DNA of 64,000 nt, taken from Botryllus schlosseri. Taxonomy: Eukaryota. This document shows, piece after piece, positions 52,001 through 64,000 of this stretch (its first letter is position 1; each line of letters starts with the position of its first letter). Made by a program: the position numbers and the translations under genes. The notes below the pieces were generated by a model. That model saw only the letters and a program-made list of their open reading frames with translations, ran no database searches and was not told the DNA's origin. The stretch spans positions 11,718,001-11,782,000 of the forward strand of contig CM119383.1 in the NCBI GenBank assembly GCA_051294905.1. The letters are read 5' to 3'.

Positions 52001-55000
52001 AGAATAAGTCTTTGTTACTGGCTGATAGACGTTTGTCGCTGATTAAACTAACCCGATTTTAACCTTTGTATTTTTTTTGTTGGCAACTTTCGTACTCATG
52101 TATAGACATGGCTCACGGATGGTACGAAAACATAATCACTTAAGTAAGTAGTTCAAGTAGGGAAAACCTCCGAAAAAATGGAGAAGTACTTGTCACTGAC
52201 GACCTATGTTGATACCACAGGCCGGCCGTATTCCAATATCAACAGATCAGACGACATGTATTTAAGTTCAACTTTAGGACTTCAATCTTTATTCAGGCTT
52301 ATTGACGTAGCTCGTGGATTGGACAAAGCTGATCGCGAGCCGCTATCCCGATGTGCGCATTACCTCAAGCTACTGCAGCAGTACCCGTACTGCGCCGAAG
52401 TCTACAACAAAATGGGCGACAAGAGAGCGCTCATCGAGCTGCACGTCGAAACAAATTCCTGGGACGAGGCTTTCGCGCTGGCCGAGCGATATCCAGAGTA
52501 TAAGGACGAGGTGTATGTACCGTACGCACGTTGGCTGGCCGAAAACGACAAATTTGAAGAGGCGCAAAAAGGTATTTTTGATATTGTTACCCAACAAAAT
52601 GGTAAATATGTTTTCGTTATAGGCTACGTCACCATAATATTGCAATAGTTACCGGTATATTAAAAGAGCCATATTTGAAGCCTGGGTAGTTAAGGTCTTA
52701 ATAACTGCATAAACTAGTGCAGAGATGTTACTCATACAGCCCACGGGCCAGAGACGCTTTGTCAGACAATTTCATTCGCCGCACAGAGGAATGGTGACTA
52801 AATCAAAGAATGCTTGTATTACACCATGACCATGTAAAATGTAAAATCGTTCATGCCCTTTTCTCGATGAAGGACATCGTTCCCTAGTTTTAACCTTGCG
52901 GTCAGAATTTCTGCATTTGATTTAGCGAGTCCCAACTAAATCAACAAGTTCGTATTGGTTCGGAATGTGTGGTTCTGGATTTATCTCAATATGAGAGATG
53001 TCGAAGTCGGCATCGGAGTCATTTTCTGTATCTTTAAGCCCTGTCGAGTCTTCTTGGAGCTTTTTTGCTTGGTAGTCTATGCAGTGAAAACTTACTGCAA
53101 TACGGAACAGGTGCTAAAGAGGAGATGGCATAGATAGAAGGATATGCAGTGTCAAGTCATTTTTTTACCTAATATGAACCTTGGAATGTCACCCATACAG
53201 AAATAACAGTCATCTATAAGGTTTCTAATTTCCCTTCAGATTCTTTAGTAGCAAATGACATTGAATGCCGAACTTCCCTTAGCCATCCATCCATATTTCA
53301 TCGGCATGTTTCAAAGATTACATGAAATGCCCAGTTTTTATCTTGTCTCCAATCTTCATGCCAAAGTAAGGTTCATAAGTATAAAAAATCTTACTTCTAT
53401 CTATAATTTGTACTTAGCTTGTTTCATAAATAGCTGGTTCGTGGTACAGAACTTGAATATAGCTTTCAATACAATATCCATTGTAGAATAATATTTATTA
53501 ACTCGAAGACTTTTCGGGTGCCTCTTTTCAAGAGTTATCGGCACACTAAAGGGATTTAAACAGATTTAAAAGCAAAACCAAAAAGGCAAAGTGTGATGCA
53601 ACAATCAAAATCACAAACCATGAAATTCGCATTGTACCAATGGCAACAATAACAAAGTATGAAGTATACGGACATACGGTACTATAGTAGCAGCACAATT
53701 TGTAAATAAACAATTACACGCACGGAACAACACGCACTAATGAGAAATTTGTAGGTTATAGAGGAAATCTTTTTGTCTGCATAAAATAGGTTTGCTCAAC
53801 TGAATAATAGTAGACTCCAACACTTTTAAATGAAACACAGACCTACCACGCGCAATGACAGTGAACATATTGTATTCATAGTGCTGTGCACAGGCAAGGT
53901 TTCAACTCAGATGCTGACCAATTGACGAAGCATATGCTTGGTAATCATCATAGTAGTCTGTTTTTGCAGCCAATTTGCACTGACGTGCGTAGCTTGTTTC
54001 AAACTGATATACCGACCACAGATATATCACAAAACAGCCAGCAGGCAGATTACATTTGTGATGTTGATAACAGTGTTGGGATCAAGTCACTGCCTTCGAG
54101 TCACGAGTCATTTCGAGTCATTGCACATTTTGACTCGAGTCAAGTCAAGTCAATCGATTTTCGAAGGTGACTCGAGTCAAGTCAAGTCACTCGATTTTTG
54201 GAGGTGACTCGAGTCAAGTCGAGTCAAGTCAAGTCAAGTCACGAGTCAAGTCACATTTCAAGTCAAGTTGCCTTTTTCGAATGCCTACGCCATTGCATTT
54301 TGCTAGCTGTCTGAAATACAGATCATACAGATCATTGATTTTGAACCGATGAACGAATATGAAGGTAAATATACACGTAAGACGGCGCTGTATCGCTTAC
54401 ATCTACGTAAAAATGCTAAACTACGCAAGTATAACGGCAAAGTCTCAGTTTATAGTTACCAGCCAATATAGAGAATAGAGAAACGAATTGATAAGATGCA
54501 GTACATTACCCTTTTACAAATGGATATGATACAATTCGAGCCTGCGCGAATGGTCGAGGACTATATAAACTATCTTCAAATTTAATTTCAATAAAGAGGT
54601 TTGGTTCAGGTACAGAGAACAGTAATAGACATTTTTATATTAAAATACTTTACCATACTAGTTTACGACAGCGTAAGCTGTAAGCTTCGATCACTTCGTA
54701 ACCGGTCAATTTATTTGTGAGAGAACAATGGAGGCTCAGTAAAACGCACGATCATTGATTGATTGATCGCTCTCACGGGTTACACCAGCGTTTCGCGAAC
54801 AATCCGATTGCAAGATACAGTGATTTTTATCGACATCGATTGCTTGATGACTTGAAATTGACTCGTGAATTTTGCTTCGAGTCACGAGTCAATCCACATT
54901 TCTGATACGCCGAGTCAAGTCAAGTCAAGTCATTTTAACATAGTGACTCGAGTCAAGTCAAGTCATACGAAAAAGGTGACTCGAGTCTGACTCGAGTCAA

Positions 55001-58000
55001 GTCATGACTCGAGTCATCCCAACACTGGTTGATAATAATGACGAGATTATAATATTATAGATCCACAATCAGTACATTAACAGAACAAAACGATAAGGAA
55101 TTTGAGATTGCTTGCTGTAGCCAATGCTGACTAACTGAGACTGAGAAGATGATTGTTACGAACAACCAACTATTATGAATTGAATGATAGATCAAAGTGA
55201 CGTCACAGTTAATAAGAAATTCAACAAAGGAGCTTGAAAACCATGGTGCGGGAAGTTTGAAAAGCTTAAAATTACATTTTTAAACGACACTCGAGGCAAA
55301 GAAATGCCTGAAACATGTTTTACTAAGGAATATGGTATAGGAAATATCAAAAAATCGGCTTAACTAAATTTTTGTTACATGGTATTATCCAGCACGTTTT
55401 TATCAAAAGATGAGATTATTTTATAACTATTTGAGTGCAGTGTTGAATTTTCACTCTGGTCAGCATGCCATCAATCAGCTATGTACATTGTATACTTTGT
55501 GCATGTGAATGTTCGAACATGTTGATAATGGTATTCTTCTATGCCTTTACAGCATTCCACAAAGCAGGCAAAATCACAGACGCTTTACATGTTCTCAAGC
55601 AACTGACGGACAATGCGGTGAACGAAAACAGGTTCAACGACGCGGGTTATTACTTTTGGATGTTGTCGATGCAATGTTTGGACATAGCTCGAGGTAATGG
55701 ACAACACTGAAATCAAAACACGGAATTCATCTGATGGTTGTGTACTGGCTGATTTCATTGCAGTGTAAATACATATATATATTGCGATAGGCCTATCTAA
55801 GTTTTAAAATGACACTTTCATGAGCAGAAGCGAGTAGTTTGCTAACCAGATGATGGTTGCTATTGGAAACCAATCACGTGACCAAGTCTTGCAAATAGGC
55901 TACTATTGAGATGAACAGAACTTACCTCAGCTGAAAAGCAAACCATAATTAAGCATATATTGATCCTGTAGTCCCGCATGAGTTGTGTGCATTACATTAC
56001 GGTGTGGAACATGATTTTGTTAGAGAGTCCGGAGAAAGAGGTGGAAATGATTGAAAAGTTTGAAGAATATAAGGAACTCGGAGAGATTTACTACGCTTAC
56101 CACTCGATCCATACTTACACGGTGGGTGGATTACATGCACGTTATTTCACATACTACTTTAAGCGGTCAGTAATGAAGTTCTTCTACTTTTTCAGAGTGT
56201 GCGAGTAGGAACTGCCCACTTGTATTACTTACTCAGTGGTTACGTTTTAGAGCACTTCTACTTGACACTTTTAGACAAAACTACTAAGTTTTACACATTG
56301 TATTTGTATTTTGTAAAGTAGAAATTAGTTTCTGACAATGTTTGCAGCACTGTTACGAGTGAAACTGTCATGAAAACTGTGCGGAACAGCCCCTGTATCC
56401 CGTTGGCTGAATACGTGTTCCCAAAATGCACCCAGTCATAAGGTTTCTTGTCAGTTTGCGTTAGTTCCAAAGATGCGTCTTGCAATTTCGAATTGGTTGC
56501 TCCAGTACTTCGCAGACCTCATTTTCTACCTCCACTTGAAGTAGTTTTGATGTATCTTGGAATCTATCTACTTGTGATTGAGAATAAATTTACAGTTACT
56601 TCTACTACTGCTTTGAACGCCTCTGAGTGTAGACTTACTTTGATTTCTCAGCACGAAAGCATAGCTTTCGTTGTCGAGTCGCAATGCAAAATCATTACAT
56701 TGCATTTTGGTTGGTCTCGGTGATTTAGGATTCATATTATCGTCACTACAATCGATATTGCTCATCACAGCATACCGTTTTTGTTTCAGGACGAACCGTT
56801 TACGTCTCACCTTCCTGAAGCTCTTTTCAACATTGCGCGATACCTCGTACACCAGATGGCAGACAAGAGACCACCGCCTAGTGTTTCGAAAGTGTGAGTA
56901 CCGACAGAGATATCATATAGCCAGTATGCTTTGAGGAGTGACGCTGGTAGCACTGGGCAAAATGATTGATTCAAGTTGAGTTGACAGAGGTGGTCAAAGT
57001 AGTCAAGAAAGCTACTCAAGTAGAAGTAGAAGTAGCGACACAAAAAAACTGCTCGAGTACGAGTAGAAGTACTCGTTTTAAAAGCAACCTAAAACTAATT
57101 GAAGTAGACGTAGAATTTCCTGGCTTAAAATCTACTCAAGTGAGTAAGTAGTTTTGAAAACGGTCATAATACGTTCGCATGGACTGTCAAAAGCTGCAAA
57201 TTGAGCTATAGGGAAGGTATAGGGAGCTTGATTCATATTGATGCATCACAAGGGGTATCAATTTTCGAGAGCATAAGCATTCGCCCGCATCATGGGATGC
57301 AAATGATAGTATCGCTATGGATGCTAATATTTGTTTACCCGAACACCCCGTTTTAAAATACGTCATGGTGCGGCGCCCTCACCCATATTATAAGGCCCAT
57401 AGTTGAGTCGAAGAGCAATACCACGAAGCTGTATCGGATACGGCGTCAAGATGTTAATAAAAAATATGGCGGATTGTGAAAATGCCATACCATAGTGCAG
57501 TGGCGGCTCGTCCTATAGGGCAACTGGGGCATTGCCCCACCTAAAATTCTGTTCAATAACAATTTAACCATTTATAGACGCACAGCAATCAATATATACC
57601 GAGATCACAGCGAAACCCGCGTTCTTCTTGTGCTTTCGCTTGCAAACGCCCATACATAGCGAAGTCTCTGCGAAAATCGAATTCTCTTCTGTGTTTTCGC
57701 TTTGTGAATGCCTAGCCGGGGCTTGCCCCGGTAGCGCTCATAACAAGCTTTCACTATCTATTCTCTCAAAGCCGCACACAATAAAGAAACGGTGATTTAC
57801 TCTCTCCTATTCGTAAAATGGCCGAGCAACCGGGGCAAATATGCCTACTCGCCCCTAAGGTGTGATGTAACAATCGTATCTATATCTGAACTCGGTTACC
57901 GTAATATGCGTTGAGTCGACCTTTGCTGGTATAGGTCGATTTTGACGGTGTTTCGCACCATGATAATTCTTGAAACTTGGTATGATATGTCGTGAAGGTA

Positions 58001-61000
58001 GTATTTAACACTGCTCCAAGTTTTAGGCTTGCTACTTAAAGATAATGGTAGTAATTCCGTTTCCGAAGTTCAGTGTATGCTGATCTATCATGTACATAGT
58101 ACAGCAAACGGATTTTACTCAAAAGCCGGTATTGGTCTCCATTGATTTTGACGATGTTCTATACCGAGATCGGTCATGACATTTGGCACGGTAAGTGTTA
58201 GTATCGACCGATGTAACAAGTTTTAAGTTTGTCACTGAACTATGTGGGTGGTAATTTCGTTTCCAAAGTCGAGTAAGAGCTGACTCTTCATTTATCGCCA
58301 ACAAATTTACGCAAAAGCCGTTATTGGTCTCTATTGATTTTAACGATGTTCCATACCTAGATCTGTCATGAGCTTTCACACGGTATGTCTTGATTTTAGT
58401 ATCGAACGCGGTGCCAAGTCTTAAAGTTGACACTCAATGATTGAAGCAGTTATTTCGTTTTCGAGGTCGAGTATGGTAGAGATGCGCGCTGATCTGATAC
58501 TTAGCCTACCTACGTCATTGCGGATCTCACGCAAAAGCCGGTGTCGGTCTGTGCTAATCTATAGTCTGCGTTCCATAACGAGATCGGTGATGATATTTCC
58601 AATGGTATATCTCGATGATCGCATGAAACAGCTAACCAAGATTCTCGGTTTGCATTCAAGTATTCGCATAATTTTATGTTCGCCAATGTCCATTTCACTG
58701 TGAAATTGTGGCCTTCAAACCATTTGCTTACAATCCCCTGTCAATTGCGATAGCTATTTCATTTTCGATGTCGGCTAACAGCTGATCATTCGATCAGCCT
58801 ATTCCTCGATCTATTTTACTCAAAGTTCGGTGTTCGTCTGTTTGCATTGATTTTGACAGTGTACCATACCGGAATGGGTTATGAGATTACGTATGCTACT
58901 TCTCGATGATTTCTTGTAACAGTATACTAAGTTACGGTTTTTATTCATGTATTTATATATTAATATATTTTCCAACGGCGATTTCGCAGCAGACTTATAG
59001 ACAGTGAGCCGTATGTGTTGTGTCACAGTCTCCAGTTTCAAGGCCAAAATGTCCTACGTTGTTCCGAGACCGAAGTTCCGAGGCTGCTGTCCTTAGTTCT
59101 TCAAAGAATATTCAAATTGATGTTCTGGATTCAATATGACAGGCCCAATCTATGAGATAACAATTGCGTATGTGTCCGAACTCGTTGACCTTTCCAGTTA
59201 GGCTTACGCAATCTCTCGAGTTCTAGTCATTGGAATTAGTCAGGTCAAGTCAAGTGCGAACATGAATCGTATTGAATCTTTATTCCGTACGTAGTTTACG
59301 CAGTTGCCTTTAGAGCGAAAATGAGAGGTCTAGAAGTTGTCCAGTCTATTGATCCAATCGTACGCCGGGTGCCTCCGCTTTGGTTGCCTATTATCACCTG
59401 GTCGTAACCAGAGATGGCCACAGTCCGGTTCAGGAGCAGGAGCAGGATTTCAATGTTTTTTTACCTGGCCGGACTGGATCCGGATTTCGAATTTGGGGTG
59501 ACGGTCGGATTTTAGGGTCTATCGATTTGCGTAATCTATAACTCTACCATGAAATCAAAAGGCATGCTACTAAGGATGACCTGATACTTGATTCGTGGCA
59601 TAGGGACGATTCTTAGTTCACGTACATTTTGTAAAATAATCCTTTGATTAAAAATAAATGAATAAAACATTTGTTACCACACTTCAAGTCACGGCTCACC
59701 GGCAAACCTCTCGCGGCACCTACGTTAAAATCACTGTTGTCGGGAAATTCATGTGACCATCATAAAGTTACTTTTTTACGTTGGAAAACGCCATTGTGAC
59801 GTCATGTTGATAAAAGTCGCTCGCAGCCCTTGCCCCACCACCCGATATTGTCACGAGCCGCCACTGCCATAGTGTGATTTTATTTTCGTATAATGGAGGC
59901 ATTGCTACACTTGCTTTTAAACTTCAACATGTAAGTTCTCTATATAGATGCAGACAAAGAAACTGAAACTAATTAGAACTCAAACTAATGATACTGCGAA
60001 TTAAAAGAGGAACACAAACACTACTTCTGAAAAGCGGAAAATGTGTTGCATGTCTCTTATCCAGATAGCTTCAACAGTGGTCTGCGAAAGCAGGTCAGAG
60101 ACCACTTCTCCAGATTAGGTCACGCCATGCTGGGCTGCTAGATTACGATATGATTGGCAGATGCTAGATTGTGAAACTACTAGTTTCAAAAGTTATGACG
60201 GGCCATCCATATTTACTGTGATGAACTATTTCATATGAGCGACAATACGGTGTGAGTAAAGGGAGCCACGCTACCACTACCTAAATTGTAGCCTATTCGC
60301 CAATACTTTTGTGAAAACATATTTGTCACTCCATATTTGCTTTGCGCAAAGCGCAATGAAATTTCTGGGCTTCAATTTAAAATACTCCATGAAAACCGCC
60401 CCGAAATTCCTCAGTCTCTCTTTCGAATTGGAGGATTATACTACTTCTACTTGACACACTAAAAATAGCGAAAAGTAAGTAAGTAGATCACAAAATATTA
60501 CGGAGTAGAAGTAGCAAAAATGTGATTTACTTGAGTAAGTACCACAAGTAGTGAAAAACTACTTGAGTACTTTGAAAAAGTAGAAGTACTTCGTTACTGA
60601 CCTGCTTAGCACCACCTGTGATAACGTCGTAGCAGTAATATTAACCTCAAGTTGAAATATTTATTCATTTTGAAGTGGATTTAGCATACCCTAGAATTTG
60701 CTACTTCTGCGACGGCATTTATCCTACTTCTACTTTTACTTGAGTTAGGAATTATTATTATACATTGACCGATTACCGCTTAAATTTTTTCCAAGTTTCG
60801 GATCAATATTACAGTAATTGAATTTTGCAAATTATTCTCTCCTATTTTACGCAGCTCGACGTGGTACGCGCTGGCCAGACAGGCTCGTTACTTACACGCC
60901 TACAAGCTGGCCAGACACGCGTACGAGAAGTTACAGAAATTGAAGTTGCCGCTACGATTTCAAGACACCATCGATCTCGGCTCTGTCACAATAAGATCGA

Positions 61001-61490
61001 AGCCATTCCACGACAGTGAGGTGCGGCCATTACCGATTTTTCTCTAGATTTTATGGAATAACTACAGTCGTCTACATTTGCGCAGGACTTGCAACACACG
61101 TGTCTGCGTTGTTCCACTACAAATCCCGTTTTGAATCCGAGGGGCGATTTTTGCATCAACTGTCAACAGCCGTTCTTTCATTCCTTTTCCGCTTTCGGTG
61201 AGTACGTTCGCCGCTTTTTTTTAGAGAATCGGTTTCAGTACCATTCGATTTGTCACAATATTTACAATGCAACGACGAAACGCTTTCATGTCACAGAGAT
61301 TTTGCCGATCGTCGAATTTTATCTGGACGAAGACGTACGAGACGACGACGTCGAAAAACTGGTCGGCACCGAGTCGCGATTGGACGGCACCAAGAGCGAA
61401 TGGAAATCGTCGTCGGAAGGCGACGCCCAAATGTTGAGAATGGACCACGACGAAAGCCCGGATCCTTTCGCGGCAGACTTTATTCAGGAT
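43081..61490 (+). CDS. IFT122: Intraflagellar transport protein 122 (IFT-A, WDR10), 3' end outside window
   Basis: Exons: 43081-43139, 43301-43452, 44283-44361, 44532-44608, 44859-44925, 45455-45601, 45661-45733, 46504-46698, 47275-47496, 48316-48459, 48526-48663, 48778-48942, 49604-49842, 50379-50532, 51161-51322, 51575-51741, 52297-52571, 55553-55693, 56024-56121, 56790-56893, 60855-61020, 61086-61197, 61297-61490. Motifs: [81 protein letters not shown] found no terminal exon before 64000. Confidence 0.96.
54071..55027. mobile_element. Non-autonomous hAT element in an IFT122 intron, 957 bp
   Basis: TIRs cagtgttgggat / atcccaacactg; perfect 8-bp TSD gttgataa; arrays of (g)agtca / gactcgagtc subterminal repeats at both ends. 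Confidence 0.93.
56985..57150. mobile_element. Dispersed repeat family B (ctact/agtag-rich MITE end), representative copy
   Basis: Terminus cagag(g/a)tggtcaaagtagtca followed by tactcaagtagaagtag motifs. Related fragments, at least 12, at approximately 4466-4593, 7182-7441, 13445-13600, 21860-22030, 26830-26870, 27230-27420, 27901-27990, 46330-46425, 47110-47220, 56200-56290, 60430-60620 and 61514-61570. No clean TSD found, so the family appears older or deleted. Confidence 0.7.
57498..59866. mobile_element. Non-autonomous hAT element in an IFT122 intron, 2369 bp
   Basis: TIRs cagtggcggctcgt / acgagccgccactg; perfect 8-bp TSD ccatagtg; ttgcccc/ggggcaa subterminal motifs; internal degenerate ~190-bp repeats; no recognisable transposase. 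Confidence 0.92.
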
Positions 61491-62427
61491 GTAAGTCGCT
61501 TATGTGGAATTGTAACAGAGATGGTCAAAGTAGTCAGCATTGGTATTCTGGTAGAAGTAGAAATAGTGTATCCAAGGATGTAAAAAGTTATTTTTTCGGG
61601 TCTTCATCCCTCTATCCAACTCTTAAAAGTGCTCCCTCCAATAAAATATTGTCAAGATTTTGTTCAGTAAGGAATTTCGATTGTTGCAAGTTAAGACGCC
61701 CCAGGATGGTTAGTGACGGCCCATGTAGAAAAAAACAACGACTGAGGCTGTTGCTCATAATTTTTCTGAATAAACGTGAATCCGAGGTCGAGTTAACGAT
61801 GGTCGTAACTCCTTTAAACTTTATTCATTACGTTTTATCAAACTTCATGCTCACCAAAGTAATATGTCGGATGTCGCTGACAAGCTATTTATTTATTAGA
61901 ATGCACCCAATATCCCCAGGACGTCTGACAGTAGACATAGAAATAACCTTTTACTGCATCATAAAACTTCTTGTGTATCGGTAACCCGCAAAATTATGCG
62001 AAAGAGCGTGCTAAACGTCTTTGTAGCCCCAACATCGATTATTATCCAGAATTAAAAATGAGTTTTTGTGAACAACACGCCATAAAATTAGTGACGCATA
62101 CAGTTCAGAGCAGTGATGTGGTAACTGTAAATTTTTTGCGCTTTTGCAACCCAGTTATTGAGCTTACTTTCACAGTAGTAGACTCTATGTCGAGTGGCTA
62201 TGCTACACCATGGCTCTGGCCAAAAGTCCACCATTTTGCTCAACACACGTTGAGATTTTCCAGCTTACCAGCGCCTCGAAAAGAACCCTTGTGTGCATCA
62301 TAATATTTAACGTTCGGAAATATGTGCTGTGATTAAGCTTATTGATCCAATAAATGCTCTGTGTAAAGCTGCTTTCAACTATTGGAACGACTTGTTCCCA
62401 TAACTAACGTCGCGAATGCTTTATTAA

Positions 62428-63086
62428 AGGGGCACTGCGCTCTAAAAATGATGTGGTCTCAAATTGAAGAGCAAAACGAAAAAAAAATTTTGGCCGCAGC
62501 CGTTTTCTTCAGAACGCCACCGTAATGGAGCTGCAATTTATTGACATTTCCACAGGGGTTTCACGCTCCAGCAGTCACGCGGAGATTAAACTTTATATAG
62601 TTGTCAGCCGATGTTATGAAGCAAATATGTCGTACTCGCCAAGGTGGTTTAGATACTGCGTTCAACGGAAGATGTCCAGTTGGAGATTTATGTCAAAATC
62701 GGGCCTAGTGTATTCTATTTCGTTAGGACAGAAATAGATCATGTCGAACAATGTTTTATACATAAGAATAGGACATGATATATTTCAGTCCTAAAGAAAT
62801 AGAATACAGGCCCGATTTTGACATAAATCTCCTGACTGGACATCTTCCGTTGAACGCGGTATCTAAACCACCTTGGCGTGTACGACATTTTCCTTCATAA
62901 CATCGGCTGACAACTATATAAAGTTCGATCTCTGTGTGACTGCTGGAGCTTGAAACTCCTGTGGAAATTTCAATAAATTGCAGCTTCATTACGGTGGCGT
63001 TCTGAAGAAAACGGCTGCGGCCAAATTTTTTTTTTCGTTTTCCCCTTCAATTTGAGACCACATCATTTTTAGAGTGCAGTGCCCCT
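62428..63086. mobile_element. Palindromic MITE with TTAA TSD (Kolobok-like), 659 bp
   Basis: Arms of about 305 bp form a near-perfect inverted repeat around a ~45-bp spacer; TTAA at 62424-62427 and 63087-63090. The AGG..CCT termini fit Kolobok (5'-RR..YY-3') rather than piggyBac (5'-CC). Confidence 0.85.
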
Positions 63087-64000
63087 TTAAGCGCAGTGGG
63101 ATATCTGCTGATGGCATCAGTTTCAAAAGCGATAAATTGATGTTCGTTACTTCATCTCACCAATTTACAAGCTTTTTAATTATGCTATCAATATAGTCTC
63201 CACATGATGGAATTATCGAGCGTCTAGTGATGTTCACCAGCCTTCACACTACTTAGGCTATACTATATTCCTCAAAAAAGTCTTGCTCATAATTCCAAAA
63301 TAAATATTAATTCCTGAAGCTCTAGCAGACCAATAGACTGTGCTTTGTTTGCTATGCTTGATTGAAACTGCAACAGCCTTATTATGACTTTGGATTTTAA
63401 ATATTTGCCACTTTGCTCTGAGGTTAATGTAGGTCAGATGGTGCCAAAACAATGACCACAAATATTGATTCAGCTCATAGCATATGGGTGTGTCTTGTCA
63501 CACAATAGAATTAGTTGCCCAACACCCGTATTGACCTTCATGAATTGATAAATATTTGTTGCATTAATCCTTATGTGCGTAGAGCTCTCAAGATCCTTTG
63601 GTAATTCTAACTATGCCTATGACACAAGCAGCCTGCAATTATCATTCCACTCACATAGCGCTGAAACGGTAAATACAAAAATAATTGTACAGGTAAAGGT
63701 CAAAATGTTCCAGCAGGCAGAATCGTGTCAGTTTTGAGTACGGTATGGTGATGTCATTGAGCTTTGTGTGTGAAAATTTTCTGTCTCTTGCCAATTCTTT
63801 GGAACTCACTAAGTCGTAGCAGCCATGTGCGAGAATGACTTGGCTTGAAATGCTCAATTGTGCCGCCGTATGTATTGATTTAATATGTAGATTCTGTTGA
63901 CTTGGTCTGTAATGGTGTACTCTCTTTTTAAAGCACGGTACGTGAGTATGTTTTCTATACCTGTGCCACCTCTGTGGTGGTATTTGGATTTGTTTGCATC

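Noticed and set aside
54110-55020. CRISPR-like or coding repeat array (SSQV repeats)
   Set aside because: These are 5-10 bp subterminal repeats of a hAT element, with no unique spacers, in a eukaryotic intron.
62525-62989. Two similar ORFs on opposite strands, resembling duplicated genes
   Set aside because: They are mirror products of the palindromic MITE arms.

Overview
Eukaryotic (invertebrate metazoan) genomic DNA with GT-AG introns, many only 50-90 nt long; the species cannot be determined from the sequence. There are no prokaryotic features, CRISPR arrays or rRNA genes. I assembled seven protein-coding genes exon by exon with consistent splice phases: SYDE/SYD-1 PDZ-C2-RhoGAP (+, 5' end outside the window), TTLL7 tubulin polyglutamylase (-), CDC20/fizzy (+), TSPO (+), TSEN54 (+), B9D2 (-) and IFT122 (+, 3' end outside the window). 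TSPO, TSEN54 and B9D2 are three consecutive genes with intronless CDSs. Three of the seven genes are ciliary. Introns hold many non-autonomous transposons: hAT elements with 8-bp TSDs, a TTAA-flanked palindromic MITE, a tRNA-derived SINE and two dispersed repeat families, several of them nested. The best leads are a spliced ORF upstream of TTLL7 that could be a separate 131-aa protein or a hydrophobic N-terminal TTLL7 extension, and a candidate antisense nested gene in an IFT122 intron. I could not support a wholly new biological system from the sequence alone. All homology calls come from recalled motifs, not from database searches.
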